Below, piece after piece: positions 1-13,149 of a stretch of 64,000 bases of DNA (position 1 is its first letter; every line of letters begins with the position of its first letter). The position numbers and the translations under genes were made by a program. Origin of the DNA: Mobula hypostoma (Eukaryota); NCBI RefSeq assembly GCF_963921235.1, contig NC_086101.1, forward strand, positions 3,970,001-4,034,000. Reading direction: 5' to 3'. A model generated the notes under the pieces. That model was not told the DNA's origin and did no database searches. It was given only the letters and a program-made list of their open reading frames with translations.

Positions 1-639
1 CAGTCACAATTTCAGTGGGTCAGGAGCAGGGAATGAATGTTATGTTGCTGCAAGTGTTCAGTGGGAAAGAATTGCAGCCACTTCAACATCAGGGTGGGAT
101 CTGAGACACATTAAACTGGTCGGAACATAAATAAAGCCGGAGAGAAGAGTCTTGTTCAGTCTGAGGCAGGACTGAGAGGAACATGTCCTGAAAAGCAAGA
201 CTGACAATCCATGTTCAAGCATCTCGCCCCAAAATGTCCACTGTGCATTCCCCTCCACAGATGCTGCCTGTCCAGCTGAGTCCCTCTGGCAGCTCAGTTT
301 TTTGCTCGAAAGCAGGTTCTGGGGTGAAACGGTGGTTAAATGTAATTTTATGTCAGCTATTACATTACTCAATGCCATGAAACTGGGGATATGAAGATAA
401 TATTGTGTTGTGAGGAGACAGATGCCGTGGCGATGACCAAGATGAACTTGCAAAACAAAAAAAAACATGGAACTGGACGTTATACGTCATAGGGAAATAC
501 ATTCAGCCTTGCGGCGAAGTTTTGATTTCCACTGCCCTTCGTGTGAAGAAGTTTCCCAACTTCACCCGGGTGTGGAGTGGTTCCAATTGAAGATCTGGTC
601 TCTCTTATTCAGGGCTGGGCCCACAAGCAGAACCACTTT

Positions 640-787
640 CCTTCTACATGTCCTCTGAACCCCTCCAGCTCCGGGCAGCCGGCACATGGCACTGGAATCC
701 CCATTTGCTGCCCAGCGTCACACTGACCATCAGGCAGTTTGCAGAACAGCAGCTTGATCCACAAGTTGTTTCGTGTGGTCCAGTCTC
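640..787 (-). pseudogene. Candidate transmembrane/cytoplasmic exon of the NKp30-like pseudogene
   Basis: ttaatcag|GA GAC TGG...: NLWIKLLFCKL-[frameshift]-LMVSVTLGSKWG. Hydrophobic stretch with Lys residues; SVTLGS resembles NKp30 TM SVAVGS. The 3' limit is approximate. Confidence 0.35.
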
Positions 788-1875
788 CTGATTAAATACG
801 GGACAACACTGAAAGGACATCGCGTCACCAGCGGTGAGGATCAGTTTTTTCTGGTTCTGTTACAGTGAACACTCGGGTGTACTTCAAGGGTGAGCGCAAA
901 GATACTCCACTGAGCCAAAAATCTTCCGGAATTTTAACAGTTCCTGTTACAATGGTGACAAGCAGATTTCAAAATATTTCACCAGGAATCCAGTTTTCAT
1001 TGCGGTTTTTGACCCCTGTTTCAATCTGCTGGAGCAGCCTCTATCTGCCTGACAGCTATTTCCTCCATACTCTTTGTAATTTGCTGTTTAATTAATAACC
1101 CTGTTTTTCTGCCGTGCCTCTGCTTATCTAATGACAAACTCACCCGTTCTTTGTCCAACTTCCACCTGTTTACCTTTGCTACAGCAAGCTACACCTTGCT
1201 GACTAAATGCATCCACATTCTCATCACTGCACTGCATCTTGTCACGTCAACTCTCTTGGACTAATTTTCCTGTAATTTCCAGGTTTGTATGGCACAGCTT
1301 CTGACCATGTTACAAACTTTTCCACTTCTCTCGTGAATCCCAGAGATTCGCTCCTCAGGTGTCTCTACCTGGCACGGTGTGGCGTGAATGTTACTTCCTA
1401 CCTATCAGCCCAGGACTGGATATTGTCCAGGTCTTGCTGTATTTGTGTTGTGGGCTGCTTCATTATCTGAGGAGTGGCAGATAGTGCTGAACATTGTTCG
1501 GTCATCAGTGACCATCCCGATCTCTGACCTTACGACTGATAGAAGATCATTTATTAACCAGCTGAGAATGTTTGGGAATAGGGCACTGGCCCGAGGAATT
1601 CCTGGCCTAATCACAATGCCATTGACAGTGATCTGTTAACATATTAACCAGCACGTCCTTGGAGCGTGGGTGGAAACTGTGGAACCCTGGGGAAATCCTT
1701 ACAGACAGCGTTACAATTGGACTGCCCTGAGCTGTCTTAGCCTCGCGGTAACTGCTACGCTACCTTGACACCCCTTATTCAGGTTCCATGCTTCCCCCTT
1801 CGATAGGTATGCGGCACTCCCTCGCTCCCTTGCTCCTTTTCCGTCCCCTCCCCACATACCCCGGCCTCCACTCAC

Positions 1876-2207
1876 CACCATCACGGTCTGGAGCTCCCTC
1901 GTCACCTCACCTCACACTGTGTGGCGTTCCCTTATGACTTTTTCCTCCACCCACCGGTATCACAATGGCACAAATCACCAAGTGCAGAACCCCCGTGATG
2001 CTTCAGTTGGTGCCACCAGCGTAGAATTAGCTCGTCCCCAGGGCCGCAAAGCCCCGGAACCCCGAAAGTGTTCTCGTCGTCAATGCCACGTCCTCGGGAT
2101 ATAATAAAATGGCCAATCGGTGAGCTCTGGGAGCGGGTCCCATCGCTGCAAAGAACCGAAGTTTGAATGTAGTATCTGGTCTGGTTCTTCGACAGAGACC
2201 CATCCAC
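1876..2207 (-). pseudogene. Decayed Ig V-set exon, NKp30/NCR3-like
   Basis: Follows a long pyrimidine tract and a non-canonical gag acceptor. Across frameshifts and stops it reads GWVSVEEPDQILHSNFGS / VLCS..SPIGHFIISRG / TLSGFRGFAALGTS*F..SITGV / ICAIVIPVGGGK / GNATQ. This is collinear with the NKp30 V domain, including a J-like GNxT. Donors at 1910 (gtgagg) or 1875 (gtgagt). Confidence 0.55.
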
Positions 2208-2759
2208 CTCGAAAAAGAAAAAAAGAGAAACATGAAAGGTAGACATTAAGCTGCTTCCACAGATGAGCTTGAAGAAGTCACTAACAAGAAAATCTGCAGA
2301 TGCTGGAAATCCAAGTAACAGACAAAAACTGCAGGAGGAGCTCAGCAGGTCAGACAACATCTCTGCAAATGAATACAGTTAATGTTTCTGGCCGAGACCT
2401 TTCAGCAAGCAATTGAGGATAACTGATACCCTTGTGGGCTCAGCCACAAACTGCTTGACGAAGCCTTCTTACAGGCATTCCAGAAAGTCCCCTGTTGGAA
2501 GGTGTTTGGAAGTAAGTACAAGGGGGACATCAGAGATAGATTTTATACACAGAGTTGTGGGTACACGGAATGTACTGCCAGCGAAGGTGGTAGAGGCAGA
2601 CACAATATGGTCTTTTAAGAGCCTCTTACATAGGTACAGAGAGCTATGCGGCAGGATAATTTTAGGCAGCTTCTTGAGTAGGTTACATGGTCGGTACAAC
2701 ATTGTGGGCCAAAGGGCCTGTAACGTGCTGTAGATTTTCTATGTTCTATGTTTTCTAAA

Positions 2760-2962
2760 ACCATCTGCGTAGTCTCCAAAAAGCATAAACGTTGATTCTC
2801 TAAATTGGTAATTTGTCTCCCTTTCCATTCCTCATTTTCCATTTTTTGTTCCCTTCTCTTCTCTGCAACAACCCATCAACTCCCTCTGGTGCCCCTCTTC
2901 CTTCCCTTTCTCCCACCATCTGCTGTTCTCTCTGATCAGATTCCTTCTGTTTCAGTCCTTTG
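2760..2962 (+). mobile_element. Decayed Penelope-like 3' fragment
   Basis: Similar to the reverse complement of about 17750-17980. Confidence 0.45.
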
Positions 2963-2964
2963 TG

Positions 2965-5900
2965 TGTAACCCTCTCACCATGGCTCTTACCAAACTGAGC
3001 TTGTTAGCTATCGCTGGCTAACAGAAACGTGACTCAGCATCGCATCGGTGACGGTGAGACCGTCACTTTCAATACGGAGCACGCCTCAACTAAACAGTAA
3101 AGCTGGATGGGGGAACAGAAATTGTGGTGAATGCTGTACAGATACTGTCCCACAGTATTTATATGCGTTGTCCCACGCATAGTTACCGGTTGCCAGGAAA
3201 TAACAGAACTCACACCTGCAGAAACTTAAAGTGGAAGTATATTTACAGATATTTCAACTTTAATAACAGTTAATAGATTAAGGGCCCATTACAGTTGAAA
3301 CGCCGCTGGTTTCCTCGGCTGCTTAGTCTCGGGAATGCACACTCCTGTCCCACCAAACTCGTGAGATTCAGACGGTTCTCCCACCACAAACCCCTGTTTG
3401 TGTGGATGCTGTGTAATTTGCTACCCGGTTGCAATTCAGTGCGAAGAAATAACAGATAGCACACTGTATACGAGTAAAGAAATTATATTTATGAATCTTA
3501 ACTAAAGGGTCAGTAAAGAAAATAAAGAAAAACACAGACAGGGCCCATTATAATTAAACAGTCAAATGCGCACAAGGTGGAGCTCCACTCTTCTCGAAAT
3601 TCATCTTCACCGATCCTCAGTCGATCTCTGCACCCGGCTCCATTGCATCACGGTCCCCCACCGGGTCGAATCATCTGACCAGTTCTCTCCAGCTTCTTCC
3701 CTCTTCATCTCCCGTACGAAAGGACCAAGCTCACAGCAGTGTGAGGAACACAACATAAAAACACCCTCTCGTGATTGGACGGCTCACGTTCCAAAGCTCC
3801 CCTTATATCTAACTACAACCCAAACACTGCTTCTACAGAAAGACCAGTACGTTAGTAGTGAAACCTTTCCCAGGGTGTTACACTCACCCCGCCCCCACTC
3901 CACGAACATTAGTCATATCCTCATGGCATTGAGATAATTTGTCACCCCTTCATACAAAGCAAAAAGTCCAACCCAGATGTAAATGGCAGTGAAATAGCTC
4001 ACCAACGGGGTAGGAGCCACTCTCTGTTCTCCGGGTGAGACATAGGCCAGTCTGTCTGGGGGACTCCTGACTCTTTGGGACCTTCTTACCCTATAATCGA
4101 CTTCTTCAGCTTCAGACACTCCCTGGGCTCTTTCCGTTTTACCTGGGGAAGCCTCTCCCTGTCCATTACTCGTGCCCCCCAACAACTCAGGTCCCCTCGT
4201 CACTTGGCTGAGCTCGCCTTCATGCCCAGTTACATTGGAGTCCGTCCTCCCGTCATCTTCTAAACTGGAACCTGCCTGTCCATTGATAGTTCCCCCCTCC
4301 ACACGCACATTTCACCCGCCTCAGCGTGAGAAGGGTTGGGAACCTCTTCATCAATCATTGGGGAGTTTGCGAAGGGCAGCATCCACAGCCCCATTTCCTC
4401 ATCCTCCAAGTCCGCATCACATTCAGGGATGCGGTCCGCTCTAATCCTTCCCACCGTTCCTGCTTCAGTTCCCCCACGTTGCCACAGTGTCTTCTAACTA
4501 GGTACAGGGTCCAGGTCAGCCTCTGGGTCCACACGTACTTCTTGACCCAGAGGTAGATGGCAGTCCTGGTGGAGAATCTTGACAGGCCTGTTCCCATCGT
4601 CAGGTTTCACCCGGAAAACTGGTACATTTGGCATCTGACTCTCCACTACATAGGGAGTAGCCGCCCAGCGGTCACTCAACTATGCTTCCCATGTCGCCCC
4701 TTACTTCCTAATGAGGACTCTGTCTCCAGGCATTAGTCGGGAGAGCAGTCAGAGGGGGGAAAGCGAAGGTGAGCAGACAGGTAGTGCAGAGCACCTCTGT
4801 AGCCATTCCCCTGAATAATAAGTTACCATCCTGGATACTGTTGGCGGGGACGACGGACCAGGTGTGAGCCATGGTGGCAGGGCCTCCGGCACTGAGTCTG
4901 ACCCTGTGGTGCAGAAGGGTGGGACGGAGAATAGGAGAGGTGTCGTCATTGGAGACTCCATAGTCAGGGGAGCAGACTGGAGATTTTGTGGACGTGAGAA
5001 GGACACCCGCATGGTTTGTTGCCTCCCGGGAGCCAGGGTCCGGGATGTCTCTGACCGGGTGCACGACATCCTGGTGCGAGAGGGAAAGCAATCAGAAGTC
5101 GTGATACATGTTGGGACCGACATAGGCAGGAAGAGGGATGAGGTCCTGAAGTGTGAGTTTCAGGAATTAGGCAGAAGGCTGAAGAACAGGACCTCAAGGG
5201 TGACGTTCTCAGGATTGCTGCCAGTGCTACGTGACAGAGATGGTAAGAATTGGAGGAGATGGCAGTTGAATGTGTGGCTGAGGAGTTGGTGCAGGGAACA
5301 GGGTTTTAGATTTTTAGATCATTGGGATCTCTTCTGGTGAAGGTGGGACCTGTACAGATTGGATGGGTTGCACCTGAACTCGAGGGGGAGCAATATCCTT
5401 GCAGGTAGGTTTGCTAGCGTGCTTCGGGAGGGTTTAAACTAATTTGCAAGGGGGATGGGACCCAGAGCGATAGAGCAGTGAAAGAAGTGCATGGAGTAAA
5501 GCCAGATCTAACATATAGAGAGGCTTTGAGGAAAGAGAAGCAGAATAAACGGTGTAAAGACAGTAAGGTAGAAGGGCTGAAATGTGTGTACCTCAATGCA
5601 AGAAGCATCAGGAACAAAGGTGATGAACTGAGAGCTTGGACACATACATGGAATTATGATGTAGTGGCCATTACAGAGACTTGGCTGGCACCAGGGTGGA
5701 ATGGATTCTCAATATTCCTGGATTTCAGTGCTTTAAAAAGGATAGAGAGGGCGGAAAAGGGGGAGGAGGGTGGCATTACTGGTCAAGGATAGTATTACAG
5801 CTACAGAAAGGGTGGGTAATGTAGCAGGATCCTCTTTTGAGTCAATATGGGTGGAAGTCAGGATCAGGAAGGGAGCAGTTACTCTACTGGGGGTATTCTA

Positions 5901-8835
5901 TACGCCCCCTGGTAGCAGCAGAGATACAGAGGTGCAGATTGGGAGGCAGATTTTGGAAAGGTGCAAAACTAGCAGGGTTGTTATCATGGGTGACTTTAAC
6001 TTCCCTAATATTGATTGGCACCTGATTAGTTCCAAGGGTTTAGACAGGGCAGAGTTTGTTAAGTGTGTCCAGGACGGATTCCTGTCACAGTATGTGGACA
6101 GGCCGACCAGGGGGAATGCCATACAAGATCTAGTACTAGGTAATGAACTGGGTCAGGTCAGAGATCTCTCAGTGGGTAAGCATCTAGGGGACAGTGACCA
6201 CCACTCCCTGGCCTTTAGCATTATCATGGAAAAGGATAGAATCAGAGAGCACAGAAAAATTTTTTAATTGGGGAAAGGGAAATTATGAGGCTATAAGGCT
6301 AGAACTTGCGGGTGTGAATTGGGATGATGGTTTTGCAGGGAAATATACTATGTTCATGTGGTAGATGTTTAGAGATCTCTTGCGGGATGTTAGGGATAAA
6401 TTTGTCCCGGAAAGGAAGATAAAGAATGGTAGGGTGAAGGAACCATGGGTGACAAGTGAGGTGGAAAATCTAGTCAGGTGGAAGAAGGCAGCATACATGA
6501 GGTTTAGGAAGCAAGGATCAGATGGGTCTATTGAGGAATATAGGGAAGCATTAAAGGAGCTTAAGAAAGGGCTGAGAAGAGCAAGAAGGGGGCATGAGAA
6601 GGCCTTGGCAAGTAGGGTAAAGGAAAACCCCAAGGCATTCTTCAATTATGTGAAAAAGAAAAGGATGACAGGAGTGAAGGTAGGACTGATTAGAGATAAA
6701 GGAGGGAAGATGTGCCTGGAGGCTGTGGAAGTGAGCGAGGTCCTCAATGAATACTTCTCTTCGGTATTCACCAATGAGAGGAAACTTGATGATGGTGAGG
6801 ACAATATGAGTGAGGTTGATGTTCTGGAGCATGTTGATATTAAGGGAGAGGAGGTGTTGGAGTTGTTAAAATACATTAGGACAGATAAGTCCCTGGGGCC
6901 TGACGGGATATTCCCCAGGCTGCTCCACGAGGCGATAGAAGAGATTGCTGAGCCTCTGGCTAGGATCTTTATGTCCTCGTTGTCCACGGGAATGGTACCG
7001 GAGGATTGGAGGTAGGCGAATGTTGTCCCCTTGTTCAAAAAAGTTAGTAGGGATAGTCCGGGTAATTATAGACCAGTGAGTCTTACGTCTGTGGTGGAAA
7101 AGCTGTTGGAAAAAATTCTTAGAGATAGGATCTATAGGCATTTAGAGAATCATGGTCTGATCAGGGACAGTCAGCATGGCTTTGTGAAGGGCAGATCGTG
7201 TCTAACAAGCCTGATAGAGTTCTTTGAGGAGGTGACCAGGCATATAGATGAGGGTAGTGCAGGGGATGTGATCTATATGGATTTTAGTAAGGCATTTGAC
7301 AAGGTTCCACACGATAGGCTTATTTAGAAAGTTAGAAGGCATAGGATCCAGGGAGGTTTGGCCAAGTGGATTCAGAATTGGCTTGCCTGCAGAAGACAGA
7401 GGGTGGTGGTGGAAGGAGTATATTCAGATTGGAGGACTGTGACTAGTGGTGTCCTAGAAGGATCTGTTCTGGGACCTCTACTTTTCGTGATTTTTATTAA
7501 CAACCTGGATGTCAGGGTAGAAGGGTGGGTTGGCAAATTTACCGACGACACAAAGGTTGGTGGTGTTGTAGATATTGTAGAGGATTGTCAAAGATTGCAG
7601 AGAGACATTGATAGGATGCAGAAGTGGGCTGAGAAGTGACAGATGGAGTTCAACCCGGAGAAGTGTGAGGTGATACACTTTAGAAGGACAAACTCCAAGG
7701 CAGAGTACAAAGTAAATGGCAGGATACTTGGTAGTGTGGAGGAGCAGAGGGATCTCGGGGTACATGTTCACAGATCCCTGAAAGTTGCCTCACAGGTGGA
7801 TAGGGTAGTTAAGAAAGCTTATGGGGTTTTAGCTTTCATTAGTCGAGGGATAGTGTTTAAGAGTCGCGATGTAATGACGCAGCTCCATAAAACTCTGGTT
7901 AGGCCACACTTGGAGTACTGTGTCCAGTTCTGGTCACTTCACTATAGGAAAGACGTGGAAGCATTGGAAAGGGTACAGAGGAGATTTACCAGGATTCTGC
8001 CTGGTTTAGAACGTATGCGTTATGATCAGAGATTAAGGGAGCTAGGGCTTTACTCTTTGGAGAGAAGGAGGATGAGAGGAGACATGATAGAGGTGTACAA
8101 GAGAATAAGAGGAATAGATAGAGTGGATAGCCAGCGCCTCTTCCCCAGGGCACCACTGGTCAATACAAGAGGACATTGCTTTAAGGTAAGGGGTGGGAAG
8201 TTCAAGGGGGATATTAGAGGAAGGTTTTTTACTCAGAGAGTGGTTGGTGTGTGGAGTGCACTGCCTGAGTCAGTGGTGGAGGCAGATACACTAGTGAAGT
8301 TGAAGAGACTACTAGACAGGTATATGGAGGGATTTAAGGTGGGGGCTTATATGGGGGACAGGGTTTGAGGGTCGGCACAACATTCTGGGCTGAAGGGCCT
8401 GTACTGTGCTGTACTCTATGTTCTATGTTTTAACCTAACCTTTTGATCATCCCTCCTCTTATTTCCTTGAGCCTGTTTGGCAGCCGCGACCTCAGCTAGG
8501 TCATCAGACTCTTTCAGCTCCCTTCACATATCAAACACATACTTCGGATAACACCTCTGACCTAGACCTTCCTCGCCAGTCCCAAAACAGGGGTCAACCA
8601 GCAACCTTGCTTCGGGCCCAAACATCAGGTAATACCCGGTAGCTTCATTCTGTGTACAGTTCAAGCAGCGGACCAGGAGTCCAATATGTTGAATCCACTT
8701 GTTATTTTTACTGATCTCCAAGGTTCTGACCAAGTCTAGCAAGATCCGATTAAACCTCTCGGACTGGGTATCACCTTGAGGGTGATAAGGCATAGTCCTA
8801 GACTTCTCGACTCAAAGCATGCTCAGTAACTCATG
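2965..8835 (-). mobile_element. Gypsy LTR retrotransposon remnant (integrase, PPT, 3' LTR 2965-3882), split by a CR1
   Basis: Integrase PYHPQGDTQSERFNRILLD (8524-8793) and GKH..DRWAATPYVV (4494-4744); purine tract 3883-3900; LTR termini TGTAAC...GTTACA. Confidence 0.8.
4745..8430 (+). mobile_element. CR1 LINE, 5'-truncated (ORF1 esterase, ORF2 APE-RT), inactivated
   Basis: VVIGDSIVRG (SGNH); YLNARSI, AITETWL, GDFNFP, SDH (APE); YMDFSKAFDKVPH, GSVLGPLLF, KFTDD (RT); (TTCTATG)n tail; several stops and frameshifts. Confidence 0.95.
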
Positions 8836-8949
8836 TATGAACCTACTCTCCAAACCCTGACCCTGCTCGCTATGTATCCACCTGGGGAAGCCCTAATAAA
8901 TACAATACTTCTCCTGTATCACTTTTGTCACGGTGGACGTCTTCTGATC

Positions 8950-10090
8950 CTTGGTAGGGAAGGCTTGGGAGCTGAACCTCCAAGGATATACGGTGTATTG
9001 GAAAGGTGGGGCAGAGGGGGTGGTGTGGTTCTGCGTATAAGAAATAATATTAAATCATTAGAAAGGGATTACATGGGATCCAAAGGTGTAGAGTCTCTAT
9101 GGGAATAAAGGAAATTACAATAACGTGAGAGGGGAAATGGACGATGGGATTAATAGATCTGCGGCTAAATTTGCCGATGATACAAAGATAGGTGAAGGAG
9201 AGGGTAGTGTTGAGGAAACAGAGACATCAGAGAGACTTAGGTAATTTAGGGGAATGGGCAAAGGAGTGGCAAATGAAATACCATGTTGGAAAGTGTGTAG
9301 TCATGTGCTTTGGTGGAAAAAAATAAACAGGCAGACTATTATTAAGATTGTGAGAAAATTCAAAATACAGAGATGCTAAGGGACTTGGGTCTCCTTGTGC
9401 AAGATACCCTAAAGGTTATCCTCCAGTTTGAGTCAGTGGTGAAGAAGGTGAATGAAATGTTGGCATTCATTTCGAGAGGTACAGTACATAAGAGCAGGGA
9501 TGAGATGTTGAGGCTCTATAAGGCACTCGTGAGACCACACTTGAAGTATTCTGTGGAGTTTTGTGCTCCTTACTTCAGAAAGGATATACTGACATTGGAG
9601 AAGGTTCAGAGAAGATTCGCAAGAATTATTCCAGGAATGAAAGGGTTGCCGCATGAGGAACGCCTGGTAGCTCTTGGGCTGTGTTCCTTGGAGTTCAGAA
9701 GAATGGGGGGATCTCATAGAAACATATCGAATGTTAAAAGACCTCAACATATTAGATATGGCAAAGTTACTTCCCATGGTAGGGGAGTCCAGGGCAAGAG
9801 GGTACTACTTCAGGATTGAAGGACATCCATTTAGAACAGATATGCGGAGAAATTACTTTAGTCAGAGGGTGGTAAATATGTGGAACTTGTTGCAAGAGTG
9901 GCTGTGGAGGCCAAGTCATTGGATGTATTTAAGGCAGTGGCAGATAGGTTCTTGATTTGCCAGGGCATCAAATGGCATTGGGAGAGGTCAGGGGATGTCT
10001 GGTAGAATTGGATCAGTCCATGATTGAATGGCGGTGAAGACTCGATGAGCCGAACTTCTGCTCATATATCTCATGGTCTTATGGTCTAAT
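8950..10090 (+). mobile_element. CR1 fragments (APE piece and RT 3' end)
   Basis: KFADD-type motif near 9170; LYKALVRPHLKY, RNYFSQRVVNMWN. Confidence 0.85.
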
Positions 10091-10130
10091 ATAGAAGGTG
10101 ATAGTTGAAACCAGATAGACGGGAGAGAGG

Positions 10131-11533
10131 GGATAAAGTCCGTTTTCCAGTTCACGGTCCTGTCCATCGACACTTGCTCCAGGTTTTCCTGTCTACCCTG
10201 TTTCTGTTCTTATTGAGCTAATTGAGGCAGCTATGCTCGTTGGGGCTGGCTGCATAAATACCTTCAGAGAACCAGGCGTGGCTACACGATTGTTCTTGTC
10301 CTCACTCCTTGTATCTCTTGCTCTGCCTTCCGTTTCCTCGCCTGAAGTCCTGCCTTATCTTGCCGGTAACTCTCTCCTCGCCTGAAGTTCTCGTCTCGCC
10401 TTGCTTTGCCACAAGCCTTGCCTTGTCTTGCCGGTAACTCTCGCCTCACCTGAAGTTCTCGTCTTGCCTTGCATTGCCTGAAGCCTTGCCTTGTCTTGCT
10501 GGTGACTCTCGCCTCGTCTCGCCTGCAGTCTTGTCCCAGAGCCACCCTGTACCCAGATCCCTTCCTGTCCCTTGCCTCCGCCCAGGTAAGCCAGGCCGTC
10601 TTGCCGTTACCTGTGGTTGGTTCTGTCCCTTCCTGTCCCCTATCTCTGTCGGGTGGTGATCTGCGCCTTGCCCAGGTGATCCACGCCCTGCCCAGGTGAA
10701 CCACGCCCTGCCCAGGAGGAGCCTGCCTGGCCTCAAGCCAGAAGACTCCAGCCTCCTGCCTACCCTCAAGCCTGAAGACTCCAGCCTCCTGCCTAGCCTC
10801 TAGCCTGAAGACTCCAGCTTCCTGCCTAGTCTCTAGCCTGAAGACTCCAGCCTCCTGCCTAGTCTCAAGCCTGGACTCCAGCCTCCTGCCTATCCTCAAG
10901 CCTGAAGACTCCAGCCTCCTGCCTAGTCTCGCCTCTAGCCTCCTGCCTCCTGCCAAGCCTCGCCTTTAGCCTCCTGCCAAGCCTCGCCTCTAGCCTCAAG
11001 CCTAAAGATTCCAGCCTCCTGCCTAGCCTCTAGCCTCAAGCCTCAAGTCTCCAGCCTCATGCCTCCTGCCAAGCCTCCTGCCTCCTGCCAAGCCTCGCCT
11101 CAAGTCTCCTGCCTCCTGCCAAGCCTCGCCTCAAGTCCTTAAGACTCTAGCCTCGTCCTTGCCTAGTTCTGGGGCCCGAGACAGAGGCAAGACCCAGGTA
11201 CCAGGTCCTTTTCCGGTCTCTGGCTCGGAGTCCAAGCCTAGCCTCGCCTCAAGTCTCCTGCCTCCTGCCAAGCCTCGCCTCAAATTTCTCTCTAGCCTCG
11301 TCCTTGCCTAGTTCTGGGGCCTGAGCCAGAGGCAGGACCCAGGTACTGTGTCCTTGTCCTGTCTCTGGCTTGGAGTACAAGCCCGGGCTCCTAGCTCTTT
11401 TGTCCAGTCCTGCTCCAGGTTCCTGGTTTTCCTGTCCATGTCCTTGCCATCGCCCTGTATCCTTGTACTGTCCCTAGTACTTCAGTGTCTGTGTCTTGCA
11501 CTTGGGTCCGTTCCCAGCCATCTCCTTATGACA
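10131..11533 (+). mobile_element. Probable solo LTR with internal tandem repeats
   Basis: TATA-like CATAAATA near 10253; arrays of (cctgaagactccagcctcctgcctagtctc..); ends tgcacttgggtcc...TGACA. The left end is degenerate and no TSD was seen. Confidence 0.55.
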
Positions 11534-12160
11534 CCCTGAGACTCTGCACCGTGGGGTACTCCACCCTGAGACTCTGCACCGTGGGGTTCTCCACCCTGAG
11601 ACTCTGCACCGTTGGGGACTTTACCCTGAGACTCTGCACCGTGGGGTATTCCACCCTGAGACTCTGCACCGTGGGGTACTTTACCATGAGACTCTGCACC
11701 GTGGGGTATTCCGCCCTGAGACTCTGCACCATGGGGCATTCCACCCTGAGACTCTGCACGGTGGAGTACTCCACCCTGAGACTCTGCACCGTGGGGTTCT
11801 CCACCATGAGACTCTGCACAGTGGGGTTCTCCACCCTGAGACTCTGCACTGTAGGGTAATCCGCCCTGAGACTCTGCACCGTGGGATACTCCACCCTGAG
11901 ACTCTGCACCGTGGGGTACTTCACCCTGAGACTCTGCACCGTGGGGTATTCCACCCTGATACTCTGCACCGTGGGGTACTTCACCCTGAGACTCTGCACG
12001 GTGGGGTATTCCACCCTGAGACTCTGCACCGTGGGGTACACCACCCTGAGACTCTGCACACGTGGTAATACTGGTTGGAATTCTACACTGTGAGGTACAA
12101 CACCCCAAGTCTCTGCACATGGGGTACTGCTGATTGGGAGTCCACACTGTGGAGTACTTC
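11534..12160. repeat. 30 bp minisatellite, about 18 good units plus degenerate ones
   Basis: Unit CCCTGAGACTCTGCACCGTGGGGTACTCCA. Confidence 0.95.
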
Positions 12161-12599
12161 ACCTTGCCACGCAGTGCCAGTGAGGGACCAGCCTTTGTCC
12201 ATTATTCTGACTGCTTATTTCCAAGCTGCACCATCCCTTCCTGACTCTCCCCAACCACACTAACCCTAAAATTAAAAGTTACAATTTTAATCAAGGGGAC
12301 CCAGGAGCCACTCTTAGATGAGAAAGGCAGCAAACTTCGTCAAGGAGGTCATTTGAAGTTCATTAGTGCAGAAGGGAAGCCACACTTATAAAATGGAAAC
12401 CGAAACAGGAAACTGCAGCTGGTGGAAATCTGAAATAAAATCAGAAACTGTCGGAAATATTTAGTCGGCCAGGCAGCTTCTGTGGAGAGGGGACCAAGCT
12501 AATGTTTTAGGCTAATACCAGTTCTCACCGAAAGCTTTTTACCGGAATTACTGATTGCGTTTTGTTTTCTCATCAAAATGTGTGTGAAGAAACAAATCT

Positions 12600-13050
12600 C
12601 GGTGGAAAAGTATCACCAGCACCTGCCTAACCCCATCAAGGCACATCGACAGAAAAGGAGCTGGAAAAGGTTTGATAACATCATGAAGGATCCCACCCTC
12701 CCTGTTGAAGGACATTTGGTCCACACTCCCACCAGGGAGGAGGCCACGTAGCATCCACGCCCGGACCGCTAGACCCAAAAATAGTTATTTTCCCCAAACA
12801 GTAAGTCTGATCAACCCCTCCACACCCCATCTACCACTACATCATCATTTCCTGTCGGTCACTTTCTGCCTGTGGTCACTTTATGGACACACAATCAATC
12901 TGTGTTGATAAGCTATCCCATGTAGTTACATTGATTGTGATGTTTTATTATTATTGTGGTGTTTATCTCATTGTGGGTTGTTCTGGTGCTGTATTGGATC
13001 CAGACTAACAGTCGTTTCATTCTCCTTTATACTTGTGCACCGGAAATGTC
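12600..13050 (+). mobile_element. Rex1/Babar-like LINE 3' fragment
   Basis: LPPGRRPRSIHARTARPKNSYFPQ; related pieces at 33850-34710 (+) and 36545-37060 (-). Confidence 0.65.
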
Positions 13051-13149
13051 TTTAAACACTTAAATCTTTATGCTGGTTATGTGGTTTCTCAGAAAACTTT
13101 CCGTGTGTTTCCACGTGAACAGGTAGGAACTGAGGCATGACTGAGCATT

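Noticed and set aside
4864..5340. SGNH esterase ORFs (also near 13743, 24261 and 46377) as host genes
   Set aside because: They are the known esterase domain of CR1 ORF1, each directly upstream of APE-RT.
10282..10956. 224 aa ORF with ETRQEAGVFRL repeats
   Set aside because: It is the antisense of tandem repeats inside an LTR.
11534..12160. CRISPR-like array or repeat-protein gene
   Set aside because: Units are contiguous with no unique spacers and the context is eukaryotic. The long ORFs follow from a stop-free 30 bp unit.
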